From Ginglymostoma cirratum (lineage: Eukaryota), in the NCBI GenBank assembly GCA_024137785.1, contig JAHRHZ010000066.1:4962601-5026600 (forward strand): a stretch of 64,000 nucleotides of DNA, given 5' to 3'. A program made the translations under genes and the position numbers. Positions 13,788-26,470 of this stretch are shown here, one piece after another; the first letter of the stretch is position 1, and each line of letters starts with the position of its first letter. Below the pieces are notes generated by a model that had not been told where the DNA came from, did not search any database, and saw only the letters and a program-made list of their open reading frames with translations.

Positions 13788-13945
13788 AGATAACAAGGTG
13801 TAGACCCTTTTCTGATTTCTGAAGAAGGGTCTAGGCCCAAAACATCAGTTTTCCTGCTCCTCTGATGCTGCTTGGCCTGCTGTGTTCATCCAGCTCTAGA
13901 CCTGGTTATCTCAGATTCTCCAGCATCTGCAGTTCCTGCTATCTC
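13788..13945 (+). mobile_element. Mini Penelope-like element (pseudo-LTR with short inverted 5' piece), perfect 14-bp TSD
   Basis: tattgtttaagtgt at 13774-13787 and 13946-13959; body matches the pLTR at 32831-32960; 5' agataacaaggtgtaga is inverted relative to tctagacctggttatct. Confidence 0.85.
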
Positions 13946-14504
13946 TATTGTTTAAGTGTGTTGCTTTCGATTAGCATAAACTTGCCAAAGTTTGTCAATG
14001 CTGTCATTTCAACTCTGAAACAATTTTATGGGTTGAAGCTCTATTGAATTTGAAACAAAGAAACCACTAAAAAGAGATTTTCTTTGGGAATTAGGGATAA
14101 AAGTGAGATTGGTAATAATTTACTTGCTCTTATTTTGTTCTTAATGGATTTGGCCAAGGGAATGGGGAGAGATCAACATTTACAAAGGTTTTCAATTCTA
14201 TGTCTCATACAATATTCATTTCATCCAATCCACACAAAGGTTTCCTTTCTTTGATTCATTCAATTCACACTGAAATATTTTTTAAACTTTGCAAAATACA
14301 TTCCTTCAATTCAGCAAATGGTTCTTTGTTAACAAGAGGCTGCCCTCTTGCCCTGCAAGTCTAGAATTAGGTCGTGAACTTTGTCAGTGTCAATGATAAG
14401 TGCAGAGTATGCATTCAGTTATCATAAGCCTTCACCTCAACTCCAGTCACTGACACTTTCATGTTGCAATGGGTGTGCAGCTAAATTAAACCTTCAAATG
14501 ACTG

Positions 14505-15095
14505 CAAGTTTTAGCGTGTCCCTCAGCACATAGTCCTGGATCTTCAAATGTGCTAGACTGCACCACTCGGTCAAGGTCAACCCTTTGCTCTGGAAGACCA
14601 ACAAGTTTCAGGCAGACTTAAGGGCACCTTTCACCGAGTTGTTGGTCCTCCAGGCAGAGCCTGTGTTTGTCTCAGTGTGCGTCCCGGCGAACACACCGTA
14701 GAGAACAGAGTCCTGCATCATGGAGCTGCTCAGGATGTACCTTTAGTGGCACAGAGAGTCCGGGCATACAAAAGAGATCTCACAGGTAATGTCCTTCTCA
14801 CTGCCAGCCAAGCGATGTGTAACTGCTGCCAAGGCACAGTGGGGAAAGACCACTGTCTAAGGTCTTTTGCCAAAATTAACTGGGGACTGTTCAGCTATTG
14901 GACGCCTCCAGTGCTTCAAATATATGTAAATATAATCTTGGACAAGTAAGTAATACCTTTGGTTTGTTTGCTGGATAGCGTCAAACTCCAGTGTTTGTTT
15001 CTTCATATGCTGCCATACCGAACAGAAATGCTTCAGTGGCTATATATGTACATGAAGATATTTATGAATAAAGTATATTTTTGAAATTGAAGAAA
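14505..15095 (+). mobile_element. Tx1/L1-like LINE 3' end with 5' inversion
   Basis: 14505-14820 is the reverse complement of the ORF2 C-terminus seen at 27990-28275; 14822 onward resumes in sense (TAAKAQWGKTTV*) and ends with aataaa and an A-rich tail. Confidence 0.7.
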
Positions 15096-16087
15096 ACCTG
15101 AAAGTAACCGCTCATGAGCCAGCTGGACACTTGGTCAAAATAATATAGGCCTGTTGTCACCGTCCTCATGTTAGTTTGGGATCTCTTAAAGCCTTGCTTT
15201 GTTTAGTGTATTAGAGCAATGCATTAGGTTATCTGCCAAGGAGATACAGTCGCATTAAACATCTTAAACTAAGACGTAGTTTAAAGCATGATAGTAAACA
15301 GGTACAAGCTGTACTGGTATGATTGACATGGTTACAAAGACTATGAGGAGTACAAGAGGGTAGGCCTGTCTTGTTTGAGATCCAGAATTGTTCTGTCATT
15401 CCTCTTCCGTCCTTATGACACCTTCAAATTAGGTGAAGCATTACCCCTTTTAGGATTATTGATTTGTACAATATCACTCCCCAATGTTTTTCCCCACAAC
15501 CAACATTTGCACATTCAAGTATATAATTACATTTAATACTACCCCTTCTAACAATTCCTCCCACCCAAACTTCTGACTTTTCAAATTCCAAAATGTGGTC
15601 TCTTCAGATTTGGAAGACTGGTAGTTTTTTTTTGGCTTGAAGACTGCTGACCTTGATTTTGTTCTTGACCCTGTGAGGTCTGTAAAATCTCCCCACTGCA
15701 GGATCTTTTGTCTGTTGAATGTTCTTCATGGAGGATGTTGTTTCTGCTGAAGCAGGCAATTGGTCCATTGCCTCCTCTGGGGGACCCTTTGCCTTTGCCG
15801 AGGAACTTGTCCCTGTCTCATTTCCTCATCGAGAGACCTTTAATATCATTAATGTGTTTCCTGCAAGATGGTTGCTCTGTTGCAATAGGTAGTTACTTCC
15901 TTTCAGAGTCCTGGACCTCTAAGTCAAGCAATTTCCTCTTGACCAGTCCTGAACTTGTGAAGGTTGGTTCAGCATTAACCCTTTCAGAACAATTTCCTCA
16001 AACAACACCTCATTTACTTCCTCTTTTAACCTCAACTTCTCCAATATTTTCCCCATTAGTTTCAGAGCTTCAGCCTTCAAAAAATTC

Positions 16088-16844
16088 CCCAATGTCAGCA
16101 AAACTAAAAAATTGATCATTGACATCAGGAAGAAAGGAGGAGGACACAGCCCAATCTACATCCTTGGAACTGAGATGGAGAGGTTCAGGAGTGTCAAGTT
16201 CCAAGGAGTGACAATAACCAACAATCTGTCCTGGGCTTCCCACATAGACACAAAGGTCAAGAAGACACAACAAAGCCTCTTCTTCCTCAGAAGGTTTAGG
16301 AAAATTGCCATATTCGTAAGGACCCTCACCAACTTATACCATTGCATCTTAGAAAGCATACTATCCGGGTGCATAACAGTTTGGTACAGCAACTGCTCTG
16401 TCCAGAAGCTTAAGACACTACAGAAAGTTGTGTAAATAGCCCAGACCATCGAGCAAGACAACCTCCCATCCACGAATTCCATCTATGCTTCTTGTTGCCA
16501 TGGAAAGGTTGCCAACATCATTAAAGCTCCCTCCCACCCCAATAATAATGTCTTCCAACAGGTAGAAGATATAGAAGCTTAAATACACATACCAACAGGT
16601 TGAAGAACAGCTGCTTCCCCACCTATATTAGAGTGCTGAAAGGACTTCTTTAATTTAAAATCTAATGTTGATCTTGCTTTTGTGTACCTCCTGCGCAGCG
16701 TAATCTTGAACGCCTTGCTCTGTCTAAACATCCGATGAACTATATGTCTTTGTATGCTATGGTCTGCCGGTACTATACACAAAACAAAACTTTTCATTGT
16801 ACTTAGGTACACGTGACATCAATAAATCATATCAAATCAAATCA
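16088..16844 (+). mobile_element. Rex1/Babar-type LINE 3' fragment
   Basis: NVSKTKKLIIDIRKKGGGHSPIYI...VKFQGVTITNNLSWASHID.KVKKTQQSLFFLRRFRK...ILESILSGCITVWY; tail aataaatc(atatc/aaatc)n. Confidence 0.85.
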
Positions 16845-18849
16845 CTGCAATAAATCCCACTTACCATAGACATCTCCCTTGCCAACTCCGTTAGATCCCC
16901 GCCTTCTAATGAATAATCTTCAAAATTTTCATCATCCAGGACTTCACTCCAATTCCTCCATACTACCGCTCATGTTCCTGTACACCTGAACTAGTGTCTG
17001 TCACCACACTTCTCCCATCTTCCAACCTATTTCTGAGGTTTCTGTTTATATCTTTCCACCTTACCAATTTCTCTCTCCAGTTTCAAAAAAATACTGCTTT
17101 TGAGCATGAGACATGTCAAGTGGACAGTTCACAACAGGTGAGTTAGGAGGTGGTAGTAACATTGTATTTCTGCACAATTTTACTTTTAACCTGCGGGCCT
17201 AAAACAGGTCAGGTGACAGGACAAGTGAATTTGTGCAGTTTGAAGTCCTAAAATGTCAAATGGAGATTGATTGCATTTCTCAATTTTCCCACCAGTGAGA
17301 TCAGTTGAGATGACGTGGGTCTTCAAACTAAAGTGTACTTTGTTAAGTGTGAGACAGTGCAGAAGTGCTCCTCCATGCCTCTCAAAGAAAAATATGGATT
17401 CCCTTCTCCTGACTCCCCATTCCTCATTTCTTCCATTTGTATTCATTAGCAGCTTCCAACCCTCCATTCTTCCTCTCCTACCCTCCAGCCAGCTACCCAC
17501 AGGCAGTCATGCAGATGGGATTGCAAATTAAAGTTCCATTGGCCTCAAACTTAGAGCAGTGGCTGCCTGACATAGACCTCTGTACCTTCTCTGTCCAAAA
17601 TCTACATGGGTTTTAAAATTGGCCTCAATGTTGCGTCTATATGAAGGAACAGTCTAACAGATTTTGTTTCAAGTCTTAGAAAATTTTTTTTAGGATCAGA
17701 GACCTTAAGGGATGAAGATAACCTCATTTGGTTGCAGACTGCGCACACGCTAAAAGGGTCTGCAGTGTTAAATTTCTGCCTTCGCTAATTTTAGTGTCAA
17801 GTTGGAGTGAGCTTAAGTGACACATTTAATTCATGCTGTTCAGAGGAATCACTGAAGACACACCATGAGATTATCTGTTGCTGTCTGCTGGAAAAGCAAC
17901 ATCCACAAACTAGCTCTGTTTCAATTTTCTTACTCTTTTTTTTTGTCCTGTTGAAATTGGCGCACAGCAAGTTCCCCTCATCTCTCATCACACTGTCTTT
18001 CCAAAGAGCACTGCCCTAAGGAGTCTGAATATGCTGCTATTTCCCCTTCCTCCATGGGGAACTGCCTAACCTGCACTCAGTGCTTTAGCTGGGTAACATC
18101 GAAGATTAAGAGTTCACTTATATGGTGTTGAACAAGCACACCACACATCACATCACTTTCTTGTTCCATTTCTGAATCTGAACGTTTTGTAGAGTGAATG
18201 AGAAGTACTAATAGAACAAACGGTAAGATTAAAAAAACAACTGATACAAACCCTGTCAGCAAATTAATCTATTTTTTTCTTTCATAGGTTAATATGGGAA
18301 AAACATACGTGATGAAAATGTGTTTCTCACGTTTTCCATTTCTCATTTGCTTTGAAGGCAGTCCCCAGGATGCAGTTTCATGGGCATTGCAGCTTTCCAG
18401 TGGCCTGTCCAAGTTGCTAATTTACACAGCGCAGACCAACAGAATATTTAATGAATGGAGCATCGCACCAAGCTTCATACCTGTCATCACAATTTGCATT
18501 TTACGACATGAGTTGCAAAAATGAGAATTCTGGCTGATATTTCTCTTCCCTCACATTATGGTACTGAGACCAATTGTTACAATCCAATTGCTGTCTCAAG
18601 ACAGACCAGGATGGAACTGAGACCTCCTGGCCTATATGACAATGTTACTAGATAATGCTTTTACCCATTCAGCTATGGTGGAGTGCTAAGTTAATCTATT
18701 CTTTACCTTTGCTAATTTTCCCCACCCTACTCTGAAAGCATTGACTTCTTGTGAATGTATGGCTACTCAGGAACTATTATCCCTCCATTATTTTGCTAAA
18801 ATGAGCATTCTGCATGTGACCAGCTACAATAAATATTATCAAACAACTT

Positions 18850-21800
18850 ATAGTCATAGAGACACACAACACAGAAAAAAGCCCTTCAACCCATTACATA
18901 CATGCTAGTCAAAAACAACTGCCTAACTATTCTAATCCCACTTTCCAGCATCGCAATTGTTAAATAATTCTTAATGTTATGAGAATTTCTATCTCTACCA
19001 CACTTACAGGCAGTGAGTTCCAGATTCTCACTACCCTCTGGGCAGAAATGTTTTTCCTCATATTCCCTCTCAACCTTCTGCCCCTTAACTTAAATCTATG
19101 CCCCAGCCATTAATCCCTCCATCAATGGGATAAGTTTCTTCTTGTCTCCCCATCTACTCCCCTCATACTTTGCGCATCTCAACCATGACCCTTCTCAATT
19201 TCTTCTGCTCTAAAGAAAACAACCCCAGTCCGTCCAATCTCTCATCATAACTCAAATTCTCCAGCCCAGACAACATCCTAGTAAATGTCCTTTGCACCCT
19301 TTCCAGTGCTACCATATCCCTCCTATAACGTGGATTCCAGAACTGCACACAATTCTCTAGCTGTGGCCTAAACGTTTTATACAGTTCCAGCATAACCCCC
19401 CTGCCCTTAAACTCAATGTTTTGACTAATGAAAGCAGGGATTCCATACTCCTTCTTAATCACTTTATCCATCTGTCCTAATACCTTAAGGGACCAATGTA
19501 CACACACGCTAACGTCCTTCCCAGGGTCATGTATTTCATTGCCTTGTTTGTCCTGCCCACGTGTGTCACTTCACGTTTATCTCGATGCAATTTGGTGCTG
19601 ATCAGTCCACCTGACCAGTCTATCAAATCCTCCTGTAATCTAAGGCTATAATTCTCACTATTTACTATCCCACTAATTTTTGTATCATCTGCGAACTTAC
19701 TGATCAACTTCCCTACATTTATGTCTAAGTCCTTTACATAAACCACAAATGGCATGGGCTCCAACACTGATCCCTATGAGTTAAGGTTAGAGTTAGGGTT
19801 ACGGTTAGACATAGACTTCCAGTTGGAAAACACCCCTCAACCATCACCCTCTGCTTCCTGCCAGTCAGCCAGGTATGGACCCAGTTTTCCAAATTTCCTA
19901 TCGATCTGATAGGTTCTTCGCTATCAATCTCCCATGCTGGACCTTATCAAAAGCCTTGCTGAAGTCCAAGTAGACTACATCAAAAGCATTTTAGGTTCAA
20001 AAATTCAGTTAAGTTGGTCAGACATGACCTCCCCTTAACAAAACCAGGCTGACTGTTTTTGATTAATCCGTTCTTTCCAAATGCAGATTAATTCTGTCCT
20101 TCAGAATTGCTTCCAATTGTTTCCCCAACACTAAGATTAAACTGACAGTTCTATAGATTCTTAGTTTATCTCCTGCTTCCCATGAATAACAGTACCACAT
20201 TGACTGTCCTCCAGTACTTTGCTGCCTCTCCTGTGACAGGGAGGAATTGTAAATGATTGCCAGCACCCCTGCTATTTTCTCCCTTGCCTCACTCAACAGC
20301 CTGGGATACATTTCATTCAGCTCTGTAGATTTATCCACTTTTAAACCTGCCAAACCATTCAGAACATCCTCTCTGTCAGTGCTAAATTGTTTAACTGTAC
20401 ACAGACCTTCTCCCTGATTTCTATACCCATATCAATCCTCCCACAAGTAAACACCAACCTGAAGTATTCATTTTGAACTCTACCAACATCCACTGCCTTC
20501 ACACACAAATTGGTCCTTAATGGGCCCTATTCTTTTCCTCATTATCCTTTTACCCTTAATGTATGTATAAAGAAACTTAGATTTTCTTTTATTCTACCTG
20601 CCAGTATCCTTTCATATCCACTCTTAGGTCTCCTACTGTCACTTTTAAATTCCCTCACACACATTCTATACTTCTCTAGATCTTCTGTTGTTTTGAGCCC
20701 GCCCTTTGCCTCTTAATTCATTGCTGTATATCACTCGATGGCCAAAGTTCGCAGGATTTGATGGTCTTTCACTTTTTCTTCATTAAAGCATATTGGTCCT
20801 GTACTGTCTATGTTTCCTTCTTGAATACATCTCACTTTTCTGAGATAATTTACCTGAAAGTATCTGCCTCCAATCCACTCTGGCCACATCATGTCTGATT
20901 TTATTAAAATTCCTTCCCCCAGTTGAGAAATTTAATGGCAGATCCATTCTTGTCATTTTCCACAACAATCTTGAATCTCAGACTTGTGATCATTGTTCGC
21001 AAATTGCTCCCCCATTGATCCTTCAACCACTCACCCCACTTTATTACTGAAAATAAAGTCCAGTACCATCCCCTGCCTTGTACATACTGAGCCTGTTATC
21101 CTGGAAGCATTTTAAGAGTTCTGCTCCCTCCAAATCTTTTGCATAATGACAACCCCTATTGGGGAAATTGAAATCCCCTGTTATCACCACCCTATTACAT
21201 ATACACTTGTTGAAATTTGCCTACATATCTGCCCTTCTATTTCTCTCAGACTGCTAGCGGCTCTATAGTACACTCTCAGCAACTTGATTGCTCCTTTTTG
21301 GTTTTTACATTCTACCTATACGGCTTCATTTGAGGGACTTTCTAAGGTGTCATCTCTCCTTACTGCTGTAAAAGATTCCCTGATCAAAATTGCAACACCT
21401 CCTCTTCTGCCTTGCCTGAAGACACCATATTCTGAAATATTGAGTTGCCAACCATGCCCCTATCTCAACCATGTCCTAGTGATGGCATTGACATCACATT
21501 CCCAAGTTTTAATGTTTACCGTCAATTCATCCGCTTTTATTGTCAGGCTCCTCACAGTAAAATAAATACCATTCAACCTGGCCAAACTTCTTTGTGCTTT
21601 CACTAACCTATGATCTCTATGCCTTCCTGACTCACTTACTGTCTCTTCTAATTTTGGCCAATCATCCCTCCCTGCTGAACCATCTCTCTGGATCCCACAC
21701 CCCTGCCAAGTTAGTATATACCCTCCCCAACAGCATCAGGAAACCTTCCCGCATTCCAATTCATGTTCAGGTTCAATCCATCTGCCTTGTAAAAGTCCCA

Positions 21801-22620
21801 TTGCCCCCAAACGTGGTTCCAATGTCCCAGAAATTTGAAGACTTCCTCCTGCACCTTCTTTCCAGCTACACATTTACCTGGCCTAACCTCCTATTCCTAT
21901 ACTTAACTGCACGTGGCACCAGAAATAATACAGAGAAGACTACCTCTTGGAATCTGTTCTTTAGTCTGCTTCCTAGCTCCCTATATTCTACTTTCAGGGT
22001 CTCAACCCTTTTTCTACCTATGTCATTGGTACCAATATATATCATAACCTCTGTCTGTTCACCCTCTCTCTTCAGAATATCTTTCAGCTATTTGGTGACA
22101 TCCCTGACCTGGCAGCAGGGAGGCAAAATACCTTCCTGGCATTCCTTCTACTGCAGAAATACTTGTCTTCTGTTTACAATGGAATCCCCTGACACTATAG
22201 CCTTGCCATTCTTTTACCTGCCCTCCTGTGCAACAGACCCACCCATGGTGAAAAGGAGTTGGCTGCCACCAATTTCCCCTGCATATGTATCTCCCCCAGT
22301 AACATCCAAAATGGTCTATCTGTTAGAAAGGGGGATGGCCATAGAGACCTCTGCACTAGCTGCCTTCCTCTTCTCTGCTTGGTGGTTTCCCATGCCTTTC
22401 CAGGCTGTTCAATCTGCACCTGCAGTATGACCACCTCAGTGAACATGCTATCCACAGCTTGCTCACTATCATGGATGCTCCACAGTGAATTCACCTGCAG
22501 CTCCAGCTCCGAAACGCAGCTCACCAGTTCCTTCATCTCCTGCACACATGCTCACCAAGATCAACTGGAACTTCCATGATCTACCACTTAACACGGGAGG
22601 GGCATATTGCCGGCGTGAGG
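18850..22620 (-). mobile_element. Near full-length degenerate CR1 LINE (ORF1 esterase-like + ORF2 EN/RT)
   Basis: Minus frames: ORF1-type ELELQVNSLWSIHDSE...MFTEVV (22195-22545) and an IGTNDIG SGNH-like motif near 22020-22040; ORF2 RT ISKFADDTKI (19477-19767) and RPQLENCVQFWNPRYRRD (19163-19507); tail at 18850-18950. Confidence 0.88.
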
Positions 22621-22959
22621 TCCGCTGCAATGACTTCTTTTAAGATCCTAAGTGACTCTCTTTTCTAAAAAGAAATTATGCCCATCTAAGAATATTGTTA
22701 ACTTACTTCCTTTATGCTAACTGTACTTCCCTCACCTACCTTACTTACTTATATTCCTCAATTATAGTGGCCCTGACTTTCATTTCTCTGTTCCTGTCAT
22801 TTCTCAATTAATCCCTTCATCTGAACAAAAATACACTTTCTTGTAAATTCTGAATCGATCAACATACCACTTTCCTGGGATGTTAGAAGAGCTTACAAAC
22901 TATGAACCAATAAAAAGCAAAAAGCACCTCTTTCCTTTTGCATCAAATTCCCCGCTGCT

Positions 22960-23330
22960 CCAAAATCCCAAAAGTACCTCTCACTCGGCCCGTGCTTCAC
23001 TCCGGATGTGATCTCTCGTTAACGATAATGTGCTTTCTACAGACCCTCTCGTAAATAAGTTTGAGGTGAACTGAGATGACTCACACTAGTTAAGTTCAAT
23101 TGTAATGAATGCCTATGAGGCCATATTTAGGCTTCAGGTAATTGACTGACAACTGTCCCTCTGACAGCTGAGTCAGCCACCTTATTAGCCTTTTAAAAAA
23201 ACTACTGAATTTTAAGTTTTGAAAAAAGAGAAAGAAAAGAGAGCTTTACTCATACAATTCCCATAATGTTCAAAAATCCTAGAAATATACATTCACTCAA
23301 GACTGTGCCTCCCTCCAGATATGATTTTTC
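22960..23330. repeat. Two diverged ~60-bp direct repeats upstream of the CR1 5' end
   Basis: caaaatccc...tcactcggcccgtgcttcactccggatgtgatctctc (22960-23018) vs caaaaatcct...tcactcaagactgtgcctccctccagatatgatttttc (23271-23330). Confidence 0.5.
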
Positions 23331-23659
23331 TTTACTGATCGTCCAAAGCTTAATGAATACAATAGAGGCATTGCAGAGATTGGAAGAATTCAACATTTAA
23401 TGCCATCTTTCCAATGCACTTGGAAATTGTAGTGATAGGCAGAAGAAATTATAGTTCCTTTGAATATTTGAACCTTGATCTGAATGTATTTCTTTTGGTA
23501 ATCCATATCTTGTCAAATATAGAACTGACTTTCCATTATCATATTAGCAGTATTTTTTCTCAAGGCACCACTTCAGGAAATCTTGAGGAAACACCTATAA
23601 TTGTTAATGTTTTCAGTTTGGCATGACTCTTCTTCAAAACATATTGGGTCTTCAGACAC

Positions 23660-24820
23660 AATCTAGGGAATTGTTGTTCTCCAATTGGGTTTAGTAATGG
23701 CTCAAGGTCTCATCCTGCCTGCTCTCCTTGGATGCGCCTACTGTAGTTGTAGAGTTTGCACACAAATCAAATGATTATTGTAATGCATTGCGGTCACCAT
23801 GCATGTGCAGGCATCTGACTGCAACAGGACATGACATTTTGAACACCACTAACCACAGATTGGAAAGACGTGACACAAACTGGGGACCAAGTAGGAGTGG
23901 AACAAAAATCCAGAGTTGCGGGGATTGGGGGTGTGGTGAGGGAGTGGATCTTGGGGTGAAGACCCGCACCAGCCAGCAACAGTGGGTGAGGGGAACATGC
24001 ACTGTGGACAGTGGTAAGCTAAAGGAACTATCGCTCCATCGGCACACTTCCTCACCACTACCATGCTGCCTGCCCCTCTCCAGCGACCACACTGCTTTTC
24101 CCAGAGGTGAGTTGCCATGCTGCCTGATGTTACATCCCTGGGTGAGGAGGTAGGAACAGCAGCAGGTCTGGGAAGGAATGTGTGGCAACTGGAGAGTGCC
24201 AAGAGGTGACGTCTTGAAATTTGAAGGGCAAAATTCCCTTATGCTCTCCTTTGTCAGTTGGGACATCCTTGAGTTCTGGGTCACTTTTGACTGGAACTTC
24301 CAGCAGCACCACCTTGGAGACTGGCTCTGCCACTTTCAGAATTATGTCTGGGCCTCCTCGTGCATTTGTACTGTCAGAGTCTCCTACAGTTGGATCTCAC
24401 AACATTCACAGCCAGTGGCAAAAGTGAAGACAATGAACATTGACAATGTTTCACGAGGGGCAGAAATAACAGGGAACTCACCTGGACTGGAGGCCAAAGT
24501 CTGAGATGCCAGGTGCGTCCTTGCTATAAGCAATCGAGTAAATTGGGGGTTAACTATTACGATTGGGTGGAAGTTATTTGGGAACCTAAGGATAAGTGGA
24601 AGCTAACGCCTGCCAGTTGTGTTATTAATGCAATACCAGTGCTCACACATGAGCTCTTGTCACCTCATTGTGAGGTCAACTTTTGAAGAGGGAGGGCTAT
24701 ATTTCTAAAGTTTATCTTGATGGCAAGAATCTGATTTTTTGACTCTTGCTTGATGAAGTCATCACATTCACCATTATTCTCACCTACTCTGGATTGGTGG
24801 CTAATATACAAATTTTATCT
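23660..24820. mobile_element. Decayed PIF/Harbinger element (divergent Myb/SANT and transposase 5' relics)
   Basis: Minus frame PRDVTSGSMATHLWEKQC...AGSMVVVRKC resembles a Myb/SANT-like domain; plus frame HSQPVAKVKTMNI resembles the transposase LPVAVKVTVALN segment. Confidence 0.4.
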
Positions 24821-26379
24821 AACTAGCACTGATTAGTTTTAAAGAGTGTTTTAACTTTTGATGCCTTTCTATCTCAATAGCCTAAGAACAAACTGGAAAA
24901 AGCAAGCACAGACGTAAGCGTCAATCTGCGCTTGGATTGAATGTGAAAGAGCGAAGGAATTTAAGGCAAGGCTAATGTGGAAGGATTTCATTGTGAAAGA
25001 CCAACTCTTGTCAAAGGGATATCTTTTATTGCCTTGTCTAAACAGCAATTACCAAGAATCAATCAAACCTAACCCACCATTTACAGCACAGTAACAGGCC
25101 CTTTGACTCAACAGGTCTGTGCTAGTGTTTATGCTTTCACAGATGACTCGATTCACTGGACTTCATCTCACCACATCAGCATATCAATCAAACAGAAACA
25201 TAGGAATGTGACCCAATACAGTTTCACTAACTGAGGAAATCAATAATTTCCATTTTATGGCCAAGGAATCCCTCACATTGAGTCAATTTTATAACCTTAC
25301 AATTAATCAGTCAGTGATGACCTGCAATAGCCTCTTTGAAATAGGAATATAAAGTTATATACGACTTGTAATACCCAGCATCGCTAAACAGAAGAGATGT
25401 TGCCTGAGTCCCCAGAGATTTACAGTAATGGATAGCTATGCTGCATGATAGCTCTAAGCAATAGATCCCCAGAAATTCCAAAGTTGCCTATGCATTGCAT
25501 TCTTCACAAGGCTGGCTTACATCTGATTCGAGGGTCTCACACACTCAGCTATGCCCTGAAAATGCTTCTTATGGCCACCAACTTTAGCAAATCTTTGTAA
25601 GTTTACCTTGGATCGCAGCCAATGCATGAGTCCTATTGAAACAATAAAACATCTCTCTAGTCTAAAAAAATCTCTCCGGTTTATGCTGAGTTAGCTAGAG
25701 TCAATTGGGGGTTGTGCTATAATTAGCCTCAACCTCCCTGGTATATGAAGAGACTTGTTCTAAAAGCCTGCATAACATCACTAGCTTAGTCCTGCTTATT
25801 TTGCTCCAGTGTAAAGTGCCTGTCTGACAATATAAGAAAAATAAAGTGTTAGTCAGTTTTCATGAGCTGCCACTTGCTGTCTTTAGCTTAGTTATAAAGC
25901 ATGAAAAAAATGCATAGGGACAAAACATCATTAATGTCCTTCTCCACTTTATCGCACTGAATTCACTATTGAATTCCTGAATACACACACCAGTGCTTAG
26001 AATCTGAGTTTGGTTCGCCGGTAAAACAATTACTTTGCAGCCATGAAGGTTCAAGTTCAAAGATTTCAAGATATGAAGTTATAAATCGAGGTTGTATGGC
26101 ACTATGAAAGGTGTTACCTTTTGAGTGCGACTTTAAAACTCCTTGCATGCCCTTTCTGTCTGAAGAAAGCAAAGTGTTCTTATTTGGTGTTCCAGCCAAA
26201 ATTGTTGTCTCAATCCACTAAAAAAAAACCTCTTAACTAATGTGGCTATGAGAGGATCTGTGGGGTAGTACATTCATAGTAGGTATAAGGGAGTCAATGG
26301 ACACTGGAAGCACTAGCAGATTAAGCTTCATTGTGGTGCGAGAAAGCTAGCACAGCTTTAGATGGGAAAGAATGAGATA

Positions 26380-26470
26380 AAAATGAGAAGCTTATGGAAA
26401 ATTCTCAGCATGTCAGGCAGCATCTGGAGAATGAGAAACGAGGTTGACATTTCAAGTCAATGATGGTTCA
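26380..26470 (-). mobile_element. Degenerate PLE pseudo-LTR 3' fragment
   Basis: ctcagcatgtcaggcagcatctggagaatgagaaacgaggttgacatttcaagtc is the reverse complement of the PLE tail family at 36930-37027 and 47390-47530. Confidence 0.5.

Noticed and set aside
15530-17140. Purine-skewed sequence flanking the Rex element, possibly an old LTR-element interior
   Set aside because: No diagnostic motif identified by eye
21594-22430. 278-aa hydrophobic plus-strand ORF
   Set aside because: Antisense to CR1 ORF1; no independent protein signature
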